Of a stretch of DNA of 64,000 nucleotides, positions 49,366 to 63,342 are shown piece after piece. A program made the translations under genes and the position numbers. The stretch is from NCBI GenBank assembly GCA_040954595.2, contig CM082577.2, positions 5,568,301 to 5,632,300 on the forward strand. Direction: 5' to 3'. The notes beneath the pieces were generated by a model. The model ran no database searches, had not been told where the DNA came from, and was given only the letters and a program-made list of their open reading frames with translations. Position 1 is the first letter of the stretch, and each line of letters opens with the position of its first letter. Origin of the DNA: Balanoglossus misakiensis (lineage: Eukaryota; Animalia; Hemichordata).

Positions 49366-52300
49366 ATGGCAAGTAACAGTGATGAAAGTAAGAGCATTGG
49401 CGTTTCTGAGACCATCGCCCAGGCTAAAAGTAAAACCGAGGCCGAAAGTCGAGCAGAAATAGCCGACGAATTACGTGAGAAGTGGGAAAGGTAAGACGGG
49501 TTTGTGTCTCTGCACATGCATCCCCAATCACATCTTCACTCATATAGTCACGTGTCATGCCCGGGGACGTTGTGATTGTTCCCACTCGTCCACTTTTTGG
49601 GGGTGGGTGGGGTGGAAGGGGTAGAATAGTACATGTACTACTAAGGTAGCATAGCCATTGCCTTTCAAACATTCTCCCGCCCATTTGTAACTTGAATCAA
49701 CCCAGTCTTTTATTGTCTTGAAAACATTATCCACCCATTTGTCATTTGACACTGTCACCCTTTTCACACCCACCCTCATGTACCCTCGGCCCATCCCAAA
49801 ATAATGGTATTGTCTGAGGGTCAATTTCTCCAGGCAATTGAACCCTCATAGTCACACCCCTTCAACCCACCCTAAAATATTGGTATTGTCCAGGGGTTAG
49901 CCAGGTGTTCAATCAATATTGAACATATCTGGTAGAAACTTGCATTGTACTTGCATGATACTACTATAAATGGAGATTTGAAATTTATGACTTTTTATAC
50001 TTGGGGGAAACAGTCATTGCCAGGATTTTAGTGGACAGGAGAGTTATTACAGTTTTTGTGTTTGCATGTAAAATAAAAACACAGCCAAACTCAAGACAAG
50101 AAGTTTTTTTTATCAAGCAGACTGCAGGCTTTTAACAAACACACACACACACACATACCCATGCATACATATACATATACATGTACAATACATTGTATCC
50201 ATATTGTACCAGTATGTATACCGGTACATACATGTACATAACATATGTATATACAAAGAACTGAATGAAGCCAGCATGTAAACAAAATGAAAGAAGTCAA
50301 CACACTACGACAAACAAATGATAATTATAACATTACTGAATTTCTTTTATGAAAAAATGAGATTGTGAAATCACAACTCTGACACCAATCTTGTTGAGGG
50401 CTAAAACTTCAGTGCTTTTACTATCAGTGCTGAACTAGTGAGGGGTACTGTTTTCCGCACAAATTAAATTTAATTTCACAGTGGACAACTAAAGAACTTG
50501 AGTGAAGTGATTCTAATTTTTATATTTTTTTTTCACAGAGAACAGATAGAGCTGAAAAGGAAGATGATCATAGCGAACACACAATCTTGGCAAAAGAGTG
50601 ATGCCTTTGATGGTTTGGAGTATATTGGAGGAGTTGATCTGTCGTTTGTGAAAGGGGATAACATCAATGCATGTGCATCACTCATTGTTTGCTCATATCC
50701 ACAGCTACAAGTAAGAGATCTCTAATACACCATTTCTGAGTAAAAATGAATAATTTATTATTACATGCAAATATTGTAATTATTTAAAGGTCTCATGTCA
50801 TGCTTTGGAAAGTTTTCATTTTTCCACATCAAAAGCTCACCTAAGGTACTTGTCTATGCATTGCCTATTGTGTCGGTTCCGAAAAATGTGCGCGAATGCC
50901 GGAATTTGCCCCCTTTTTTCATGCCTGTGATCAGGGAGCCACTTCGCACTCGAGCCAGGCGAAGGTATTTGCATATGGACAAACAAGTACACTACATCTT
51001 AGTGTACCATTCTGCTAACAGTATGGTGTAATTAGCGGTCCATGCGTAATTAAGTCCACAGACAAAGACAAGCTATATAAACAGTGTTCAAAGCAAAGGA
51101 AGCCCTTGTTTCACATTACAGGCAGAGGATTTGCGAAGGTGTGAAAGACTATTTGTCCACATCAAGATAAGCCTTCGACTGAACTTCGAAAAGCCGAAAA
51201 AACTCGACTGAGTTGGGTTAGGGGTACACGCCCACCCGCCACTTTTACTTGCTTGTTATCTAAGCACAAGGGGCAAAACGCATTGCAAGATAGTAACATA
51301 CGTTAACTTCAAGACCCAAATAGTGATTTTACGCGTGGTTGTATAGGGCATGGCATGGGACCTTTAAATATACATAGCAGCTCATCAAATTATTCAAATA
51401 TACATTGCAGGTTGTTTATTCCGACTGCACCATGGTGAAATTGACAGCTCCGTACATTCCAGGGTTTCTTGCATTCAGAGAAGTGGAATTTCTTGCAGAT
51501 TGTGTATCTCGGCTGAAGAAACACAAGCCTGAGTTTTCTCCTCAGGTGAGATTTTCTTTGCATGTTCCTTTAATTAAAAATGATGTGAAAATTGGCTTTA
51601 CTCTTTTCATTTTGAATAATGATCAAATATAACATGTTTAATTGAGTGAGAATAAATTTGTCTTTAAGCAACAAAGTCTCTCTCGCTGCCCTTTTTCCAT
51701 TAATTATGTTTGATACTGTTTATGTTATTCCGCATGTGGATGTATGGTGAATAAACGTTTTACCACACACAACTTCCATCTCAGAGAGAGAGTAAAAATC
51801 TAGCCAAAATGAATAAACGGTAGAGACCGATTAATCTGTTCAAATATGTGTGTACGCAATAGGAATAATGAATTGTTCCATATCTTTGTCAGGTTATCCT
51901 TGTTGATGGCAATGGTATGTTGCATCCAAAAGGTGAGTCTCATCTTAGTGTTTCAGTACACGGAATAAAACACCATTAACCATTTTGTGAGGTTATCTTG
52001 AAAGTATGGTGAAGTATGCGTAAATACATACATGCAGCTGACGGCAATGCCCAGAGCTCTTTAAATGTTTGATGGCCCACTTCAGAGATTTTTTGTGATA
52101 TTCTCATATTTTGGTACATTTGACACCTTTGTCATAGCTTTTCATGTGATAATTGCGATTTTTTTTGTATGGACAATATTGCACAATTTCCAACAGAATC
52201 TTACGTAATTATCCTCCTGTTTTTGTATTTTATTTTTGTTTATGTACTCCATCCACTCTTCTTGTATGGAACAGAATTTGGCGTAGCTTGTCATCTGGGT

Positions 52301-55300
52301 GTTGTGACCGATATTCCCTGTGTTGGAGTGGCCAAGAAACTGTTCCAGGTTGATGGACTTGAGAAAAATGCAACACATCTAGAAAAGGTATGAAATGATG
52401 AGAACCTATATAAGAATGATGAGCAATTTATTATCGCCAAATGTTTGTATTATAAGGGAAATTCATGAGAGTGTCAGCAGTGTCAGCAGTCTCTATCAAT
52501 TGGCAATTTTATATGACTAGCGCCACCTATGTTTAGTTTCATAAAATCTTTCTTTGAACAATGCCTCCTGTACTGAAAAGTCACCAGTAATGTGATAGCG
52601 CCACCACTCAAACAAAATTGACGTTTCTTTCCTTTTTGTTCTATTTCCAATTTACTAAATTCAGTCAAAAGGTGATGTACGCGAAAGGAAATTTGGAACA
52701 AAGAGAACGGAAATTAACCTCGCAACATGATCTTTATTAAAAAAGAACGATGTGTCTTCATTTTATGTCCCGATTCTTTGCTGATGGCATTTAAAGCTCG
52801 TGCCCAATGTCTCTCAAGATCCATTTTTTTCAATCTGAGCGATATACCGGTATACCTTAATTCAATCATGCTCAGTTGTAGGCAGGAAATGTAGACTATT
52901 AGTATTAGGTTCTGTTGTTGGTGGCTGAGTTTCAGTGGTATTATATTTACGTAATGTACTTCGTGTCCCTACAGATCAGCCAGCTCAAAGACGGCGGTGA
53001 TAAATTCCCACTAATTGCTGCCTCGGGTCAAATTCTTGGAATGGTCAGTAACAATTTTTATTGCTTTTAATATAAAGTGAATAATTCCACTGGTACTTTC
53101 CCCAATTTTACCTCGGCAGTATTTACCGGGTACCCGTGTCCCTCACGGTACCTCACCCATTTGCCCTGGCCGTGCCCCCACCTACCATCGTGGAATTTTT
53201 CAGAGGAATGACGATGTTCAGTGAAAGTGACATCAGACGCGTAGATGCGTAGGAGAGGATAGGATGTTGACTTTTGAATTGGGATCTCACATCACGCAAA
53301 GCAGTTGTTGCCGATTTTATGGCATTCTAGCATATATCCATAGTATCAACTGTAAGTGTTTTATACAGACTCTGAAAAGAATAAACAAATGAACGAAATC
53401 TGCCTGTTGGCTGGAAATAGCTTGAAGTTATCAACATTCATATTTGGAGCTCTGGTTAAGACGTCCATAAAACAATAAACAGTATTTTGATACAGTACGC
53501 TGCAATTCGTCGCTGATAAACCCACAAATTGTAATTTTGTTCATAACTTCTATTAAGCACTGAAAAAATGTGATTTATAAAAAGTGATAAATTTTGACAG
53601 CTCGGGGAAAATATGAACAAGTATATGGTATTGATCTGTCTTATAGAAAGGGGAAGCTTGCAGTTTTGTCAGATTATCAGAAAACTATATTGAAGGCATG
53701 GGCATATCTATTTTTAAGAACAGGTTTTCATCGTATTTCGTTCGAGAAATAACATTGTTAGCAACAACAGATGTGATTAATGGCCACAGCTGGGGATTGC
53801 AGCCGGAGAATAGTTTTGCTGATTTGATATCCGATCCGAATTTCACACATGCTTACTGGTCATGTACACTGAGCTCATCAAATTATCATTGTACATGTAG
53901 GTCTATAGCTGCTGAGCAGTTTAGCACATGATTATGTACTTGCAGCCAATTTGAAAAACTATAATTTTAGCTAAAAATAGATGATTTTGGCAATGATATT
54001 CAGCTCTAATTGATTGTGATACTGCTAGAAAAATAGAAAACTCAAAGATTAAAACAAGTTTAGGCAATCGCGTGATATTTATGTTTGATAGTTCATGGAA
54101 ACATTGCCTCGAATCTAGTTACTGACCTCACAGTGTTAAAGCTTGAAATTCCCCATCGGGAAAATTGCTACACAAGAACTCGCGATTCTGTTGGAATCAT
54201 CTTGTTAGCGTCTGTAATCGCTGTCAGTTTTTCTGTCAGTGATAAGGACGTATCGTATTGAACTACTTAGAGTGAAGACAATTTAAACATCATACTGTGT
54301 TAATGGCTTAGCGTCAATTATGCAGGTGAAGTATCACATTGTACTGTCTATGATCAAACACAGTAGACCTTTTAAAATCATCTGAAACGGTAGATATCAG
54401 ACGCGGGTAGAAAATTAAACATTTTCAGCAAAATCTTAAGAGTACAGAGATAAAGACCGGTTTGTTTTTACAGTCAATTTTTTACATACCTGCTGAGTAT
54501 AAATGCCTTGTTTAGGAAACCTTGTCGATTCTGAGTGAGTGTGTTTACATTGCACGCCACTGGGACCGAATGCAAATATGTAGCAATCAATGCAAACTCA
54601 AGTACTCCTAAATGTAAACAACAGAGTGAAACTGCCTGTGTTCTTTTTGTGATCACAGCATTACAATTTCGTCAATTACGGCATTAGCAATTATGACATT
54701 AGCAAGGGGGCGAGCTCTAAGGCCTCTGCGTGAACTTTTAAACTACCGGGCTAAAATGTGTTTATTTAGATAGCATCTTTTAATGGGACATTACTGATGC
54801 ATTCAATAAACATTGAATGTCCCTCGTGGACAGCGGGAACAGTCTTAGCTTTAAGCCGAGCGTGTTTATCTTGCCGGGCACCCTCCTTTAATATGTCCCT
54901 ATGGCAGCTAGCTAGGGGCAAGAATTCGATTGGTTGATCTCTGAATTGACAAGCCCAAATGTCGATTGTGCAGTTGTAAATTGCCTGGGAGCATCCGCTA
55001 AGAGCCAAGCACAAATTCCAATTGTTGCACTCAGATATACACACACTTGAGGCAGAACATGAGAGGATTCGGGGAAATAATATTTGGAGACCTCTTTAAT
55101 GTGGTAATGAACTTTGCTCAATGGAAAACGCTATCTCTGGCAAGTGCATATACTGTTATCCAGCCATCTCTGTTGCATGGGTAGAGTTGACTTTTCAGAG
55201 CCCTCTGAGTCAGAGCCCCTCAGAGCCCTCTGAAGTTTCAGAACCTCAGAACCCGGACCATGTACTAACTGCGTTCCACTTGAAAATCATCATATGAATC

Positions 55301-58300
55301 ACAATTAAGCTCTAGAGTATCTCAGGAGTTGTAGAATGTGTACGCACCATAAGCTGGAGTTGCTGAAATAAATCACTAGACAATTAAGGAAAGTTTCTGT
55401 TAATCATTTCAAAATTGTGCGCGTGTGGGTGTGTGTATGTATTTTGTCCAATTTCGAACATGTGTGGACACAGACCAAATCTACTATCCCCAGGGAGGAT
55501 TCCACTATTCTAACCGTAGCCAGGTCCCAGAGTCACTTTGTTGGACACCGAATCGACCAGGCTTTCAGAAGCATGGAGGAATCTTCACGCCATAAAATAG
55601 AGATTTTCTCCTCCTTCATCGCAGATGTTTTTTGTGACAGCTGAGCTATCTTTTTCTCGTCTTGCGTTGTTTTCTTTGACAGTTGGAGCAACATGTACCG
55701 TGGAAAAGAAATGCCAGAAAGTGTTGACCGAATTGTAAGTTTTCATTAAACTGCCTGGCATAGTTGTTTCACCGGTCAGTTCCCACGTACAGGAATGTTA
55801 CTGTGGAGTGGTGTACGCTTTGGAAAATAAATCACCGAACATTTATGTCCTCGTGTTGTTTAATGACCGCAGTTTTCAACATATTGGGGAGAAATTTAAA
55901 CAGTTGCCAATGTGTGTCCATTTATCAGTTTTATTTATGTATATGCTTTTTCCTCTATTACCGTACCAATCTTTTTCTTTTTCTGACTAATATGCAAATT
56001 TGTTTACTCATCTGTATGTGTCAGTACATTTATTTCTGGGACTTGTTCAGAGGAAGAGTTTCATCTCCGTGTGTGGGACAATCATACCCCAAAATTTTGT
56101 GAAAAAATTAAAGAAATTTCAGAATTTGTTATCGTACATGTACAGGTTAATTTGCATAGTTGAACAACAGAAACAGTGGAGTATAGATGTCATCATTATC
56201 GTGATCTCCATCATATACCTTAGTCATGATTAATAAACAGATCGACGTTACAAGGACACTTTGTTTGCTACGCCTCGAGTTCTCTGCGGCATAATTACAT
56301 CACGACTTCTTCTGAGCCACAAAACGCGCAATAATTCAAGGGCCCTGGACCCCACACGCACACCGAGTTAATGCTGATGGTGACCTCGTGGAATTGTTAT
56401 ATGTCACCAGCGTTGGTGATGAAATTAGTCTCAGTGACGTGTATATATAACCACATAAGTGTCACTGACGCGGAAGAAAAATCCTTGACGTTTATTTCTC
56501 AAGTACGTGTAATTTTCAAGAATGAGAATTTGATGTGAAGAGTCTCTGTGCTACTGAATGAGTGTTACTCTCCACTGTGCAGTGGCTGATAATTTACTTA
56601 CAGTGCGATTTTATTGAGTTGGTTGAGGCAGGGGACTGTCCAGATGCAGTGCATGGTTATCACATTCCATAGCCTTAGATATGAAATTTTGAGAAAACAC
56701 TGTTGCAATATTGTCATTTTCTTGAAATTTTCACAAAAGGTGCCAGAATAGAAGCTTTTTTAATATATGATATAAACAAACTCTATGTCACCATACATGA
56801 TTTTTTGATAGAGCTGTTCAGATGTTTTATTTGAGCAAATTGTGAGAGAATAGTTGTTTTATTTGAGCAAATTGTGAATTTTGAAGCGTGAAGAAAAATG
56901 TGAGACATGATTGTTTTTTAGTAGCTACTGACTTGCAATTTTGCATTTCACTTCAACTGATTAAAACAAAAATAATAAAATAAAAGTTCGAAATAAGAAT
57001 AAAGCAATATATTAAATATATGTAATAATACATTTTATAAAATTTATTTGGAGTATCATCTTGAACAACTGCAACTTTATAAAGTAGTGGTGCCAGGTGT
57101 CTGGAGTGGCATGAGCGTACTTTGCTTGAATTTTACACCTGTCAAGACTGATCCCAGAATGTAAAAATCCAGCTGTAATCCGGTGAAGTCGCTGAATTCC
57201 TGTCTGTGTCAGAGTGAGGAATGCCGGCATTTATCATTCAGTAACAGGTGTGTCTTGTTTGGATATATAGTCACCATTATGTAAAGATCCTGTAAAATGT
57301 TTACAGGCTTCATTAGTTAGCAAAGAGTTGTTGTGTCTTGCTTGAAAGTCATTGTTCATCATATAAATCACAAGGCATGCAGGGAAATTAAGTCATGAAA
57401 TAAATGCACCGTATTGAAGCTGCATTGCTGGACAAGTACAGGTTAGCCTGTATTACAGCTAGGGTTACTGCATATGCACAATCTCTACCTAAGGTTGCTG
57501 ACATGCATAAACTTAAAATTTTAAAAGCCATTCGACAAGGTATTTGACTTTTTGATTTTTGACCATTTCTACATTTTTTCCATTACATTGTACCATAAAA
57601 CCTGTGATTGTACTGACAACCTCTCTTCCTGGACATGTGCATTGTGTAGTCTGCTGCCACTGTGCAGTTTAAACAGGAAAGAATAGTAGACAAATGCAAA
57701 GAGGGGGTATTACAGAGATTTAGGCGAGGAGACATTTGGAGACAAAGAGACAGAAAGATTTTAAGGTGACAGCAGTGGAGAAGTTCTCACTTTGCATGTT
57801 TCTGAGAATTAAAGCGACTGAGCCACAATGTATCAGCTTTTCAATCAGTACCGGTAATAAAATAAACCGTGACCTTGAGTTTCAGCACACCTTGTTTTTA
57901 CGAAGGAAAGCAGCAGAAACCTGTCCATGGTAAATTGCTTTGACACGGTAAATTGACATACATGACATGTCTACAACGTCGTGAAATTGCATTTGAAATT
58001 TAATTTTCCACCTGTTGAATTCGCAAGTTCACTGTCTTGCGTGAATTGTGCACCGAATGAAAAGTCATGGCAGGTTTAATTCGATACATGTTTCAAATAT
58101 TGGTTGTAATTACAGTGTACAACCAATTTTGTAAAAAAAATTGGATTCAACTCAAAATTGAAAGGTGGAAATCATATGACATTACAAAACGCACCGAAAG
58201 TGTATTTCTTTATTGTGAGGAGTGGATGGAGTTTATAATACTCACATATTGCCTACAGCGGTAGACTTCTGTGTGTGACTAAAATATAACAGAGTCTGGC

Positions 58301-61300
58301 TTTTTTTTATTAACATCACGTTTAAATAGTCCTTTGATGTGTAAGCTGTTCAAATTTGTAGACATTCGACAAGGATTAATTATTTTAGTGCAGTATCGGG
58401 AAAAGTAATACTTGTAATTTAATTGCAACATGAGAAGACTGATGAGACGCATGTGAATAAAGTGTTAACTAAGTAATAATTAATATTGGCACATTGATTT
58501 TCCAAGCCTACTGACATGTATGTATTCATATAGATTCGGATATATTCCCATGCTTTAACCAATTTCACTGATCATCAATCCAATAATGTAAAGGTGATAT
58601 TTACATTTTCCTGATAAAAGCTATACTTGAGTTTGATTTGACTGAATTTGAAAGCGACAGTCAATTGGTTTAATCATACATTATTTGTCGTGGCTGAAAC
58701 CTTGAAGTTTTCATGCATTCCAGCAGCCAATGCATCCATCAATGGTGTTAGTGTATACATTTTCCAATAAATCTTCTTACTGTGTGTTTAATTGTGTCAA
58801 AACTTGAAAGTGACAGTCATGGTTCAGTTGGTTCAGTATTTGTTGGCGGGGAAAATATATATTCCAACCCCTGTGTTGATTTGGTGAAAATACGTCTCCA
58901 CATGGGCCTCCTGTGCACACAGACTACATTTTCAAAAGTTTTTTTAGGTCAGTATGCTTAGTTTGAACACATTTTCCAGGACTTTCCAGGAATTAACGTC
59001 ATTTTCCCCCTGAGACTTCAAAGGACTTTCCTGAATGGGTGACAATTCCAGGAATTTCCAGAAACATGAGCCTTCCATCAGCAGTGGGAGGTGTCTGCTT
59101 TAGTTTACCGACAAAGACGCTGCAATCCGATATCGCCCTTCTTGCATTCAATCCTCAAATTGCCTTTTGAAGATGGTGCGAATTACATGTAGAAGAAATG
59201 TGTCTCTCTACACACATCTCCCCTCCCCTCCCCCCACCCCAACACGCACACCTTTGACAAGTACACATCCCGACAGCTTCTGCCGATTATAGTCTCTGGG
59301 ACCTGAAACATATGTGTGTGTGTACGTACAACAGAGAGTAATGAGAGTAATGAACAAATTTATGGACTCAGCCACTGGGGATTTGAGGTCTGCAAAATTT
59401 GAATGAAAGAGGCAGCTAGTGTTCACCGTAAACTGAATCATGTCCATTAGCGCCTCGAGTCCTGTCCCTTTGACCTGTCATTCAGAAAGCCCCGACTGCC
59501 CTAGTCTAGTGGAATCCTGGGAGACAAGATTAAATTAGAGACAATGATGAATTTTCACACCCAGGTAGATTTTCTTATCTCTGCACTTCTGCTTCAAGAG
59601 AGGATGAAATGACTGGATATAGTGACGTTTGTTTGCTCACGTCGGCTCTCCACATGAAGCTCTTGATTTGCTTGACAAGGTGAATTCATCATCGAGTTAC
59701 GATCTGAGTTGAACTGTGCCAGTTGGTTGCTCTCGCTAACTTTCCCCATCCATCTCACTCACACACGCACTCAGAAATGGAGATTGGAATGGTATACATA
59801 TGCTTTGAATATAGAAATCACTACAGACATGTCTTTCCACTGAGGTTGACGAACTGCGCGCGAGCTCATAAATTGATGTTTCTTCTATTATTTCGTCTCA
59901 CATTGCTTTTTTTATATTGCTCATTGTAAATGTGCAGATACTCAAACGTGACATGTATCATCACTTTATTAACACATGCCTGTCTTTGTGATTTTATTTT
60001 TACACAGAGTATGCATTCATTCTCTCCATGCAAGTACTTGTCTTGTCACGTAAAGTTGATAACAATTAGATAAATTAGGCGTATAACATGGATTATCTCC
60101 GCAGCAAAATTCCTTCCTTCAATGAAATTCAGCGAAAATTTGGTGACAATTATTAATTCATTTTTTCCTGAATTAAGCTGTCATGCATGTACTTCGAAGG
60201 ACCTTGAGAATATTCATCACTTCAACGCGAGTTTATTAATGAATTAAAAGGAATAGACTTGTTATCTTGTAGAGAAAGTTCATGTCTGGAAATGTGGGCC
60301 AATTATTTTCTTACATCGGTTGTTGGATCTCCCGGCTAGACATGGCATTTTCCCAAAAGACGTCGTATCAGTTGCGTTTTCCCCAAAGACATCCAGTAAT
60401 GATTATTACCATCTCCCAGCTGCATGTGTTATCCCCCACACTTGAAATAAAGAGATCGCAGAGTCTTTCTCTTGGTCAATGTGTAATGCTCGATATTCGA
60501 CGTGATCAATTGGCACCATAAGAATATTCACAGTTAATGTGGTTTAGATGAAATATCCTCTCACAGTACCAAATTTATCTCATCTGTATTATACTTTCCA
60601 TATCACTGAATTTCTTCCAGGTGTAAAGAAATCCATCCTATACAATTAGTCTCATTAGCACCTAGATATTTTTTTTGCCAAATATAGGTTGGAGCTTATT
60701 GAATATGGTGTTTGCAATAGATGCGTTTGTGTGACTTTGTGTGCGCGTATGTATATGCTAAACTGTCACTTGTCCTTGTAAAGTCTCTAAGTCTAAATTA
60801 TGAGACAACTTCAAAAAATGAAAACCTCCGTCAGCAAATTTCTAATTTTGTTCCAGAAATCATCAAAAATCATATCCATAGTTTGTGTTTGTGATTTTGG
60901 AATGTTCAGTTAACTGACATTGGCCGTCAGCAAGTTGTTGATTAGATTTCTGAAAGTTGCTCCATTTGCATGAAGCCAAAATATATTCTGATTAAGTGAA
61001 TGGTTATCATAATTTTAGAATTTGATATAAAAAAAATGTCATTGCAACATGCTGGTAAATATTTCCATAGTAGCTGCATGGCCTAATTACCACCTACAGT
61101 ACAGTACTGTATGACAGTAGTGAATGGTTGACAGACTCAGAGATTTAAAAAACAACAATGTGTACCGGTATAGTATTTCTGTATGGTTAGTAGTGTAGTG
61201 AAGTGCATTGTACTGTGGTGTAGTGTAGTGTAGTGTAGTGTAGTGTAGTGTAGTGTAGTGTAGTGTAGTGTAGTGTAGTGTAGTGTAGTGTAGTGTAGTG

Positions 61301-63342
61301 TACTACTGTACCGAACTGTACTGTACTGATGTACTGGACTGTGATCATGTGTTGCGCTGTATAAATGGTCTTGCCATCAGTTACTGTCACACATTTTACT
61401 TCATGTTTACATGTTTAACCCTTGATTGCTTTTGGATGTCCAAGTTCCTGGCCTTAAAATTGATAAACCTAGCAACGCCCCGTGACTTAATGCGTTTAGT
61501 TCTGACAGAACACTGTTGTAACAACTAGATGAAGTGGGAGAGCAGCTGGTTAGGGCGCAATCACTGTATGTTTTTCCGTTCAGTCAGCGGTGTGCGTGGA
61601 CTGGAATTTTTGCCGCTTTGAATGAAATATGGCGGGATGATGCTCCACAGTTGATTAGGTCAGATGAGTGCAGCCAGGAAGTGACAGACCTCTGGCGGTG
61701 ATAAGTAGTATTTTATACTGCATTCATGCCGTTAACAGGTAACTAGTACAAATTTCATTAGAATGAATCGCGATGCGGTCTGATTACCAGGGTGCGATAC
61801 ATTCACTGTTCTGGCTTGAAGTGGTAGAATTTATTGCCGATGGTAATCGACACTGGCAGAATCGCATAAATCTTAAGTTTTGACGTTAGTTCCGACTCTT
61901 AAAGAAAGGTATTCTGACAACTATGACTGGTTTTCCTGGAGGTGGCTGTAAATTGATGGACTTTTCATGGCAGTGTCTGTTGGTGTTTGTATTCTGTGCA
62001 TCAGTCAACAAATTTAACAGAAGGGGATCCACGGTTTTAGTATGACTGGTAATAAACAGTTGAACTGAGAAGAGTTGGACATGTATCTCTGCAAAATTAT
62101 TTTGTGAACTATTTATGCGCTCGCACAACTAATAAGTTGGGAAATATATACCCAATAGTCTGTGTGGTGAGGGTGGAATATTGCTGTCAAGTTGAGGGAA
62201 TATTATAGTTGCTTGTAATCATATGTCATGTAAATATGGTTGTTAACTTCAGGGAGCAGAAATTGATATAACGGAATTAGTGAAAAACATGTTTTTATGG
62301 TATGTTGCACTTCCAGATTGGCAAATTCAGTGACAGATAGACTGTTCAGACTTACTGATTGACTGTCAGAATGTATGAATAAACCCTGTGATAACTCTAT
62401 GAAAAATAATTAAATTAGTAATTGCTTTGAAAATTAGAAGCTAAACATCCTAATGTTGTTACTGTCAAAACCACTTCACCCATAAGTTTTATGAAGGTTC
62501 CGGTAAAGATATTTGCCGATTATTTTTTTTCTGGAAATTGTCCTCATGTGTGCGTTTAACTTCATTATTGTCTTGACGTTTAATATCCAAATTTGACATT
62601 TAATGTCTAAATGTGTCAATGGAGGTGGAAATATCCTGAACGGCAGACATGTCCCATCCATTAACTTCCCAAGTAGTTTTGGTACATCAAAAATTTAATC
62701 ATGAATGCAAACATTTCTGCTTATCACTTACTCTTCTTGCATATGACAATATGACCATGCACCCTCTTTAGTCTCACGCCACATTGTCAAAATCATGAAA
62801 TGAAACAGTTAATCAATTTGGTCTATAAAATGAGCACTTCTGTTCGTACATCTGTCATACTTGGCACGTCTACAAAATGTTTGGGGCAGCTTGACTGCCA
62901 TGCATGGAATGATATGTATGAATGCATTAATTGGCTCTAATGTTTTGAAGGGAAACTCTAGCATGAGTACGACAAGATGTAGTTGTTGCACAGACCGATT
63001 GAGTGAAATAATCTTCAAGATTTATCCACTGTCAATAAAATACTAGTAATCCCCCATTTAGCACATTACAGCCTCGTGGTATGTATCTCAGGCTTCATCA
63101 AACTGAATGGGTTGGAAACAATTGTAAACTTGTTTCTGCTGAAAGAAAATCGTGTGATCTTGTTGAAGAGATTATAGAGATGAGCTTTAATGTTCTCTGC
63201 TTTGTGGTTTCAGACGCTAAGAAGCTGCGCTAAAAGCACCAATCCTGTCTATGTGTCAGTCGGTCACCGCATCACCTTGGAAACAGCTGTCAAATTGGTC
63301 CATCAGTGCTGCAAATACAGAATTCCAGAGCCTATCAGACAG
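49366..63342 (+). CDS. ENDOV: Endonuclease V (inosine-specific), 3' end beyond window
   Basis: Exons 49366-49490, 50539-50710, 51411-51545, 51893-51932, 52275-52387, 52975-53043, 63214-63342. Motifs: [58 protein letters not shown]. The terminal exon (AD..SR) was not seen in the window. Confidence 0.95.
50788..51363. mobile_element. Non-autonomous Kolobok-type DNA transposon (576 bp) in ENDOV intron 2
   Basis: TTAA|AGGTCTCATGTCATGC ... GCATGGCATGGGACCT|TTAA. The 16-bp TIRs have 2 mismatches, with TTAA on both flanks and purine (AG) termini as in Kolobok, unlike the CCC termini of piggyBac. Confidence 0.72.
55194..55255. repeat. Short degenerate tandem repeat (TCAGAGCCCTCTGA-like)
   Basis: tcagagccctctgagtcagagcccctcagagccctctgaagtttcagaacctcagaaccc. 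Confidence 0.6.
58970..59065. repeat. TTCCAGGA-rich repeat, probable decayed MITE interior
   Basis: Several copies of (T)TTCCAGGA / ACTTTCC. No clear TIR pair was found. Confidence 0.4.
61188..61301. repeat. (GTGTA)n pentanucleotide microsatellite
   Basis: Direct tandem GTGTA run with degenerate edges. Confidence 0.95.

Noticed and set aside
8935-63342. Functional cluster of two nucleases and two cullin-ligase receptors
   Set aside because: Animal gene neighbourhoods rarely imply a shared pathway, and nothing in the sequence shows co-regulation.
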